32,000 nt of DNA from the NCBI RefSeq assembly GCF_963967315.1, contig NZ_OZ017288.1, positions 420,001 to 452,000 on the forward strand, in the 5' to 3' direction. The stretch is from Candidatus Minimicrobia sp. QA0096. Lineage in GTDB: Bacteria; Patescibacteriota; Saccharimonadia; Saccharimonadales; Saccharimonadaceae. The notes below the pieces were generated by a model. That model was not told where the DNA came from. It saw only the letters and a list, made by a program, of their open reading frames with translations, and did not search any database. Shown here one piece after another: positions 1 to 5,575 of the stretch. The number at the start of each line of letters is the position of its first letter. Position 1 is the first letter of the stretch. Position numbers and translations under genes: made by a program.

Positions 1-1
1 C

Positions 2-166
2 GTCTTGATCGGCAGCGGACGCAGCATCTCTAATTTACAACGTTGGAGAGAAGATCATAAGAGATTTTTGCAATTCGCCAGCGGCGGTAGCTTACTAATT
101 TTGGCGGCATTCCTATTTGTCGATCGCGTTATTGGCGTCATTAGCTATGGAGGCAATCTATGGTAA
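2..166 (+). CDS. C-terminal end of a membrane protein, possibly CcdA/DsbD-family thiol-disulfide electron transporter (5' partial, runs off window)
   Basis: Frame 2 is open from the window edge to TAA 164-166. The translation VLIGSGRSISNLQRWREDHKRFLQFASGGSLLILAAFLFVDRVIGVISYGGNLW has a basic loop followed by a terminal hydrophobic helix, as I recall for CcdA C-termini. The stop overlaps the next start (ATGGTAA). Too short for a firm family call. Confidence 0.3.
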   Translation, partial: VLIGSGRSISNLQRWREDHKRFLQFASGGSLLILAAFLFVDRVIGVISYGGNLW

Positions 167-447
167 AGCCAGGTCAAATTGACGTCATCAAACAAGGAAA
201 ACGACCACCAGAGGAGTTTAGTCCAGATAAGCTCCACAATTCCATAATTGCCACCTGCCTAAGCGTTCGCACACCAGAAGGTCAAGCTCAAGACATCGCA
301 AAAACCGTCACTTTGGGCGTTATGAATTGGTGCGAAACTCACCCAGAAATAACCTCTGCCGATATCCGCCGCCAAGCACAACGCATTATGAAAACTCTAC
401 ATCCTGACGCAGCCTATTTATATAAAAATTATAAAACCATAATTTAG
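160..447 (+). CDS. stand-alone ATP-cone domain protein (95 aa)
   Basis: GGAGG lies 6 nt upstream of ATG 160. VIKQGKRPPEEFSPDKLHNSI ... EITSADIRRQAQRIM ... AAYLYKNY follows the ATP-cone pattern of NrdR/RNR N-termini. No zinc ribbon or catalytic domain is attached. Confidence 0.7.
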   Translation: MVKPGQIDVIKQGKRPPEEFSPDKLHNSIIATCLSVRTPEGQAQDIAKTVTLGVMNWCETHPEITSADIRRQAQRIMKTLHPDAAYLYKNYKTII

Positions 448-455
448 GAGATTTG

Positions 456-1826
456 ATGTCGCAAAAACCAACTTTTGACTATGACTATATCGTAATTGGT
501 AGTGGCGCTGGCGGTTCACCTGCAGCCAACATATTAGCAAGTGCCGGAAAAAAAGTTGCTGTTGTAGAAAAATCAACATTCGGCGGGGAATCACCAAACT
601 GGGGAGATGTACCAACTGGATTTTTAACTCATGCTCTTAATGTTTATCAAACAGCCAAAGATGCCGCTAAATTTGGGCTGCGCACTAACTTGGTTGGGTA
701 TAATTACCCTTCTCTGCTCTCCTGGAAAGACAAAGTTGTAAAGAGAACTGGAGCTGGCGGCAATCGATATTATTACGAAAAGCAAGGCATTAGTGTTTTT
801 GCTGGCAATGCACACTTCTTGAGTCCGAACGAAATAGCCATCAATCGAAGACACTTGTCCGCTCGCAAATTTCTCATTGCAACTGGATCTGATTGGCAAA
901 TTCCAGAAATACCTGGGTTAAATGCCGTTTCTTATTACACTCTAAAAACTATTTTTAGCTTGAAGCGCCCACCAAAAACCATGTTCATTGTTGGCGCGGG
1001 AGCTACAGCACTAGAATTGGCGCATGTCTTCTCCACCCTGGGAACGAAAGTTTACGTAGCAGAGAAATCGTCCAGAATATTATCAACATTTGACCCAGAA
1101 ATCGGCACTTTGATTACGAATGACGCAAAAAATCGCAATATTTCAATCTTAGCTCGCACTAAGATTATCGCTATACAAAAATCGTCTATACAAAAGCGCG
1201 TCATTTTTCTGCAGGGGCGAATAGAGAAATCTGTACGCGTTGATGAGATTCTAATTGCCGACCAACAATTGCCTGCGACAGATTTAGGCTTAGAAAACGC
1301 TGGCGTAAAATATACCGAAAATGGCATTTTGGTTAATTCTTACCTGCAAACTTCCGCTCGGCATATTTTTGCCGCAGGAAATGTAACTGACGCCAATATC
1401 CAAACTCACACAGCTTTAGCGCAGAGTCGTATTGCGGCTCATAATTTGCTACATAATAATAAGATTAAATTCAATGATTCCCCACGCCTACAAGTTGCAT
1501 TTACTCAGCCAGAAATAGCTCAAATTGGAATGAATGAATATGATTGTAAGGTGAAAGGAATAAGCGCAAAAATAGCAATTGTTCCGCTCACGACTACCGT
1601 ACGCAGCAATATTACCGACCAGCGAATAGGTTTTGTGAAATTGATCGTTGATAAGAAGCGAGTTGTCGTAGGCGGAACGATCGCCGGACCGCACGCTAGC
1701 GATATGGCAGCCGAGCTAGCCCTGGCCGTTCGACATAAAATTACCAGCGAAGAACTAGCGTCCACTCCGCATTGTTTTACTTCTTGGTCAGAAGCCGTGC
1801 GAATTGCCGCTGGAAAACTTCTATAA
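456..1826 (+). CDS. class I pyridine nucleotide-disulfide oxidoreductase family flavoprotein (Lpd/GR/MerA-like fold) lacking the redox-active CxxxxC
   Basis: AGGAG lies 5 nt upstream of ATG 456 (TTG 453 is also in frame). Motifs seen: FAD Rossmann DYIVIGSGAGGSPAA, NAD(P)H Rossmann GAGATALELA, AAGNVTD, and a dimerisation domain with FTQPEIAQIG and PHCFTSWSE (His...Glu). Confidence 0.8.
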   Translation: MSQKPTFDYDYIVIGSGAGGSPAANILASAGKKVAVVEKSTFGGESPNWGDVPTGFLTHALNVYQTAKDAAKFGLRTNLVGYNYPSLLSWKDKVVKRTGAGGNRYYYEKQGISVFAGNAHFLSPNEIAINRRHLSARKFLIATGSDWQIPEIPGLNAVSYYTLKTIFSLKRPPKTMFIVGAGATALELAHVFSTLGTKVYVAEKSSRILSTFDPEIGTLITNDAKNRNISILARTKIIAIQKSSIQKRVIFLQGRIEKSVRVDEILIADQQLPATDLGLENAGVKYTENGILVNSYLQTSARHIFAAGNVTDANIQTHTALAQSRIAAHNLLHNNKIKFNDSPRLQVAFTQPEIAQIGMNEYDCKVKGISAKIAIVPLTTTVRSNITDQRIGFVKLIVDKKRVVVGGTIAGPHASDMAAELALAVRHKITSEELASTPHCFTSWSEAVRIAAGKLL

Positions 1827-1856
1827 TTACCTCTGATGCGCTATAATAAGTCTCAC

Positions 1857-1932
1857 GGGGGCGTAGCTCAGGGGTTAGAGCAGTCGGCTCATAACCGATT
1901 GGTCGCTGGTTCGATCCCAGCCGCCCCCACCA
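1857..1932 (+). tRNA. tRNA-Met (anticodon CAU); an elongator Met versus lysidine-modified Ile2 identity cannot be decided by eye
   Basis: Cloverleaf read by hand: acceptor GGGGGCG/CGCCCCC, D arm GCTC-AGGGGTTA-GAGC, anticodon arm GTCGG-CTCATAA-CCGAT, T arm GCTGG-TTCGATC-CCAGC, discriminator A and encoded CCA. The G1:C72 pair argues against an initiator. Confidence 0.9.
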
Positions 1933-1996
1933 CATTCTGAATTTGAACTTGATAATCATAAGATGAATATTTTTACCATTCCTGCTACAATATTAT

Positions 1997-2446
1997 GTGG
2001 TAGATATTAAATTTGCAAAAATGAACAAATTAAAACTCAAACGATTAATTTACAGAATACAGCACGACTATTTGACCTTAAATAATGTCGTTATTGCTGC
2101 TGCGATTTTAATTGCTATGAGTTGGGCCTGGGGCTCCATTGAATCAATGCAAAAAAATTACGAACTGCAACGCTCTATTGACAACAAACGCCAGCAAGTG
2201 GAAATAGAAAAATTACAAGTCGCCCTGCTAGAATACGAATCGAAATATTATCAAAGCGAAGAGTATCAAGAATTGACCATTAGACAGCGCACGGGAAAAG
2301 GTCTACCTGGCGAAAAACAGCTCATCACTCAATCTTTCGAAAGCGCCACGCCTGCCCAAAAACTTGCGTCGAGCGCGAAGCGAACGAATAGCAACTTTCA
2401 GCAATGGATGAACTTTCTATTTGGCGGCAATAGTCATAAACACTAA
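1997..2446 (+). CDS. septum formation initiator family protein (FtsB/DivIC-like)
   Basis: One N-terminal TM helix (VVIAAAILIAMSWAWG) is followed by a coiled coil (QRSIDNKRQQVEIEKLQVALLEYE). Then comes the conserved EEYQELTIRQRTGKGLPGEKQLI block, which resembles the ...AR..LG...PGE.v ending of the FtsB/DivIC family. The start is uncertain: GTG 1997 or ATG 2021. Confidence 0.65.
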   Translation: MVDIKFAKMNKLKLKRLIYRIQHDYLTLNNVVIAAAILIAMSWAWGSIESMQKNYELQRSIDNKRQQVEIEKLQVALLEYESKYYQSEEYQELTIRQRTGKGLPGEKQLITQSFESATPAQKLASSAKRTNSNFQQWMNFLFGGNSHKH

Positions 2447-2489
2447 GGTGTTGCAATTATTACGCTAAGCTGATATCATAATTATGTAT

Positions 2490-2566
2490 CGCGGGGTAGA
2501 GCAGCCTGGTAGCTCGTTTGGCTCATAACCAAAAGGTCGTAGGTTCAAATCCTACCCCCGCCACCA
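2490..2566 (+). tRNA. initiator tRNA-fMet (anticodon CAU)
   Basis: Near-identical layout to the E. coli initiator. Acceptor CGCGGGG/CCCCGCC has an unpaired 1:72 position (C:C). A11:T24 is present in the D stem. Anticodon arm TTTGG-CTCATAA-CCAAA, T arm GTAGG-TTCAAAT-CCTAC, A73 and encoded CCA. Confidence 0.9.
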
Positions 2567-2579
2567 AGAAAGGTTTTTC

Positions 2580-2601
2580 AGGCTCTGGAGAGCCTTTTTT
2601 G
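2580..2601 (+). terminator. rho-independent terminator after tRNA-fMet
   Basis: Hairpin AGGCTC-TGGA-GAGCCT followed directly by TTTTTT. Confidence 0.75.
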
Positions 2602-2870
2602 GTTGGTAGCATTCTGTAAAATACACTGATTTCACTGATTCCAAACCTATGGTTTTTATAGTCATACACCAACCTCTTTGGGAATAATATGCTTTGGAAC
2701 CTTACCCCAGCACTTGGTGACGCAAGTAGCCACTGCTTATCGGCATCTCGCATAATCTCAAGAGCAACATCAATATCAGTCTCTCGTGTTGCTTGCTGAC
2801 GCTCTAGTCGCCGCAGCTCATCGGTAATTATCGCCTTATCGTCATCATACGCATTTATTAGATCTGTTTT
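2600..2870 (-). pseudogene. C-terminal fragment of a recombinase-like gene (possibly large serine recombinase), N-terminally truncated
   Basis: The frame is open from an in-frame TGA (complement of 2871-2873) down into the tRNA. The only ATG is at 2753. The translation NAYDDDKAIITDELRRLERQQATRETDIDVALEIMRDADKQWLLASPSAGVRFQSILFPKRLVYDYKNHRFGISEISVFY resembles the conserved C-terminal block (W...FQ.L.FP.G..YD....FRT..i...F) I recall from serine recombinases. No catalytic domain is present. The position abuts a tRNA 3' end. Confidence 0.3.
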
Positions 2871-2943
2871 TCATACAACAATCCAAGCACAAAAAGTAGC
2901 AGTACCTAGCATGACCTATCTTGACAAAAGATGATTCTAGGTT

Positions 2944-3360
2944 TTATCGCTCAAGGCGAGATAACTCTGCTTCAAGCCTACGAGATTCTTCGTCAAGGCG
3001 AGCCTGAGCAGAGTCTTTATTGTCATAGAATTCTGATTTTGTTTCAGCATAATTTCCCAAACCGAAGGGTTTATAATAGATAATTTGATATCGCTTATCA
3101 TCTAACTTCCACAGCTCAAGCGAGGTGTATAGGTCGTGCTTTATTGCCCCACTTAGCCCTAACTTATGCCGTAAGTACCATTCGCTAATAAGCGTTCCTT
3201 TGGGAATATTTGAGTGGTGATTATTTCCTTCTTTGGCGGATTTACCGTTCTCAATAAGCGCCGCTAGGAATATTCCTTTCTCACTTGGGTTGATATCCTT
3301 GTAGCTAAACTCTTTTGCGGCTAGCAGCTGCTGAGCGGTTTCTAATGTTGTTTTGTTCAT
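2944..3360 (-). CDS. hypothetical protein (138 aa), co-transcribed downstream of the ADP-ribosylglycohydrolase; coiled-coil C-terminus
   Basis: The ORF starts 25 nt after the ARH stop with no terminator between them. The C-terminus AQARLDEESRRLEAELSRLER is a charged helix. I recognise no family motif. Confidence 0.55.
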   Translation of the reverse strand: MNKTTLETAQQLLAAKEFSYKDINPSEKGIFLAALIENGKSAKEGNNHHSNIPKGTLISEWYLRHKLGLSGAIKHDLYTSLELWKLDDKRYQIIYYKPFGLGNYAETKSEFYDNKDSAQARLDEESRRLEAELSRLER

Positions 3361-3385
3361 ATAGTCATTCTCTTTCTAATTTGTA

Positions 3386-4348
3386 TTAAGTTACATCTTC
3401 CTCAAACCGTGTATACAGGACAGGGCAATCGTCCATTGCGGCTAGTTTATCCGCTAGTTCAATAATATCATTCCCTTGATAAACATCACGCCGCCATTCG
3501 TTCGGTATTGCATTAAGTCCATAGCATGCACCAGCTAATTGCCCGTACACTGCCATGGTCGTATCAACGTCGCCGCCTAGGCACATAACTGCCAACATCC
3601 CATCCTCAAATGTGTCATAGCTCATAAAACCCCATAAAGCTATCTGGAGGGTGTATACGACATAACCTGGCTTATTCTTGAGCTTATCCGTATCAACTCT
3701 CTCTTTTAGCTTGTTCAGCAGCTGGTCGTAGTGTGCGCCGGTACTATACTTACTAACATCTACAATCTCTGCTTTGTCTTTTAGATGGATAGCGTTATGT
3801 AGTATGGCAGCAAACACTTCAGCAGCAGCTTCAGCCTCATAGGAGTAATGTGTTTCTCTAGCGGAAACTTGAGCAAGCCGTATCACGTCACGGATATCTC
3901 GTTTGCCGTAGGCAGCTATCACGACTGGTGCAAGACGCATCACGACACCGTTGCCAGCACCATCGCTCCGATTCATCGTTTTGTGAAAAATAGCGTGACC
4001 GCTAGCATACATATCCAGCATGATAAGCGTCTGCATACCAATGCCCTCGCCATAGTCAAAATACGAACGATAGCCCTCTGATTGCCATTTACAGTACTTA
4101 TCCATAACGTTCCACGAATCATAGCCGCCACACTCCAGTAAACTGTCTGCTAAACATAACGCCATAGAAGTATCGTCTGTCCAGACACCACGAGGAAAGT
4201 GTGCTTCATCGTGCATATGACGCAATTCTTCTTTACGAGCGACAATCTCATCACTTGTGTAGCCGTGTTCGATAGGCGCACCGAGGGCGTCGCCTATAGC
4301 TAAGCCGAATAACATACCCTGGAGCTGTGCTTGAGAGTTTTTCTTCAT
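3386..4348 (-). CDS. ADP-ribosylglycohydrolase family protein (ARH/DraG-like)
   Basis: Family hallmarks are present: LAIGDALGAPIE near the N-terminus, WTDDTSMAL, and C-terminal GGDVDTTMAVYGQLAGACYG, which contains the metal-binding Asp/Thr clusters of PF03747-type enzymes. Confidence 0.85.
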   Translation of the reverse strand: MKKNSQAQLQGMLFGLAIGDALGAPIEHGYTSDEIVARKEELRHMHDEAHFPRGVWTDDTSMALCLADSLLECGGYDSWNVMDKYCKWQSEGYRSYFDYGEGIGMQTLIMLDMYASGHAIFHKTMNRSDGAGNGVVMRLAPVVIAAYGKRDIRDVIRLAQVSARETHYSYEAEAAAEVFAAILHNAIHLKDKAEIVDVSKYSTGAHYDQLLNKLKERVDTDKLKNKPGYVVYTLQIALWGFMSYDTFEDGMLAVMCLGGDVDTTMAVYGQLAGACYGLNAIPNEWRRDVYQGNDIIELADKLAAMDDCPVLYTRFEEDVT

Positions 4349-4361
4349 TATTTTGATTATA
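4349..4361 (-). promoter_or_regulatory. -10 box TATAAT 7 nt upstream of the ARH ATG (putative leaderless promoter)
   Basis: The minus strand reads GATATAAT-CAAAATA-ATG. There is no SD in the spacer. Confidence 0.4.
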
Positions 4362-4638
4362 TCGTCAATCTCCTAAATAAGCGACCTCAATTAGCCCTTT
4401 GCGGCAATCTTAGTTTAACCCAACCGCGACATTTAGTGCTGATTTATGAATTTATCAGGCTGGATAACGTAAAAAGTAGTCAAGAGGATAATTTATTGAT
4501 ATTAACACATTCTGTTACGATATACTTTAATGATGGTTGGGTATCTTTATTGAAGAGGTGGTCGCCTCTATTAAGTGTCTCCAGCTCAGAATCCCGCTAC
4601 AGATATGGTTCCAATGTAGATGCACTTGGGTCACCAAG

Positions 4639-4672
4639 AAAAATCCCTCTTCATTCAGAAGGGGGCTTTTTC
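4639..4672 (-). terminator. rho-independent terminator after the WhiB-like gene
   Basis: On the minus strand, hairpin CCCCCTTC-TGAAT-GAAGAGGG (one G:U pair) is followed by ATTTTT. It begins 2 nt after the stop at 4674. Confidence 0.7.
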
Positions 4673-4673
4673 T

Positions 4674-5165
4674 TTACGCATTATTATCTATGCAACCCTT
4701 ATTCCAACCTGAACGTTTCTTGCCTGCTTTAGTCAGAGATGTGGCTGTACGAACTTTTTTATAATCCAAAACATCACTTAGGACAGCCCCTCCTAATTTA
4801 CCATACAGTTCACAATCAAGCTTAAGTGGACATGCTTCACAAGCACTTATAGCAAGTCTGCCAACTTCAGAAATATCACTACCCCTGTTTCTTTCTATGC
4901 GACGAGCTCGATCATAGTCGCCACGACCTCTATGACGTTCGGCAAAGCCAGCACGACGACGAATCCTGCCGAAAAGATCACACATCTCAACTATAATTCT
5001 ATTTCTCTTCGTAAAATCTTCATCACTATAACTATTCGCATCAGGAACAAAATCTTCGCCTAAATAATCCAACGGCACAACATTACCGTCCGAATCAACA
5101 ACATCAATAACGCCCGCTCTGTTTGGCCTAGCAAGCTCCAACACTTCAACCGTCTTCGACTTCAT
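4674..5165 (-). CDS. WhiB-like (Wbl-type) putative Fe-S cluster transcription factor with extended Arg-rich insert
   Basis: Four Cys are laid out as C(EMCDLF)-x47-C-E-A-C-P-L-K-L-D-C (C-x2-C-x5-C at 4812-4841). This is followed by YGKLGG (compare the G-[VI]-W-G-G turn) and a basic tail KKVRTATSLTKAGKKRSGWNKG, which is the Wbl domain order. ATG 5165 is preferred over TTG 5195 because a TTGATT-17-TATAAC promoter sits between them. Confidence 0.45.
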   Translation of the reverse strand: MKSKTVEVLELARPNRAGVIDVVDSDGNVVPLDYLGEDFVPDANSYSDEDFTKRNRIIVEMCDLFGRIRRRAGFAERHRGRGDYDRARRIERNRGSDISEVGRLAISACEACPLKLDCELYGKLGGAVLSDVLDYKKVRTATSLTKAGKKRSGWNKGCIDNNA

Positions 5166-5174
5166 ATAGTAACT

Positions 5175-5203
5175 GTTATACCACAATATCCACAAATAAT
5201 CAA
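5175..5203 (-). promoter_or_regulatory. sigma70-type promoter TTGATT-17nt-TATAAC (TG-extended) for the WhiB-like gene
   Basis: The minus strand reads TTGATT-atttgtggatattgtgg-TATAAC-agttactat-ATG. The -10 box ends 9 nt before the ATG. Confidence 0.5.
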
Positions 5204-5213
5204 CCCCACAAAA

Positions 5214-5240
5214 AACTCCCCTGCTTTTTACAGAGGAGTT
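5214..5240 (-). terminator. rho-independent terminator after the 68-aa gene
   Basis: On the minus strand, AACTCCTCTG-taaaaag-CAGGGGAGTT is followed by TTTTTGTGG. The single non-Watson-Crick pair is G:U on the minus strand but C:A on the plus strand, which favours minus-strand function. Confidence 0.7.
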
Positions 5241-5301
5241 ATGGCACCTGTTTGTTTGATTATACTATATCACCAAACGCGCTTATGGTGCAAGCAAAGG
5301 A

Positions 5302-5508
5302 CTATTTTTTCTTAGAAATTGTCAAAAAGCCGTTGCGTGGGTTTTCTTTCACAATACGATCTTCTGGTAGATCACATGGTGTACCCTTTTCATTCTTCTC
5401 AACTTTAGCGAAGAAGTAAATAGTTTGAGTCTTGCCGCCGCGCAAAGTTACGTCAGTCTTGTGCAAGTAATATGTGATGCCCTTTGAGTTGGTATGTTTA
5501 TAAGCCAT
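5302..5508 (-). CDS. small conserved hypothetical protein (68 aa)
   Basis: AGGAGG lies upstream of the ATG. The gene has its own TTGACA promoter and its own terminator. The sequence NSKGITYYLHKTDVTLRGGKTQTIYFFAK...DLPEDRIVKENPRNGFLTISKK matches a widespread small-protein pattern I recall but cannot name. Confidence 0.6.
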   Translation of the reverse strand: MAYKHTNSKGITYYLHKTDVTLRGGKTQTIYFFAKVEKNEKGTPCDLPEDRIVKENPRNGFLTISKKK

Positions 5509-5544
5509 TTGGTTATATACCTCCTATTAATGATATTCCTATAT

Positions 5545-5574
5545 AGATTACTATCTCTATATCACCCCTGTCAA
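5545..5574 (-). promoter_or_regulatory. sigma70-type promoter TTGACA-18nt-TAATCT for the 68-aa gene
   Basis: A perfect -35 (complement of 5569-5574) sits at appropriate spacing from an A/T-rich -10. A leader carrying AGGAGG follows. Confidence 0.45.
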
Positions 5575-5575
5575 G

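Noticed and set aside
2523-2753. 76-aa ORF from the track taken as an intact gene.
   Set aside because: Its 3' third is the reverse complement of the tRNA-fMet terminator and of the tRNA itself. I treat it as part of a truncated recombinase-like pseudogene rather than a functional CDS.
4556-4636. tRNA-like outline: ends GGTGGTC...GGGTCACC can pair over 7 bp, and the total length is about 80 nt.
   Set aside because: I could not build D, anticodon or T arms, and there is no GTTC-type T-loop. It is probably coincidental or highly degraded.
4331-4764. Plus-strand ORFs 4331-4732 and 4537-4764 in the long spacer.
   Set aside because: They have no SD or -10 geometry, they run straight through a strong terminator hairpin and into the antisense of the WhiB-like gene, and the peptide sequences are not protein-like.
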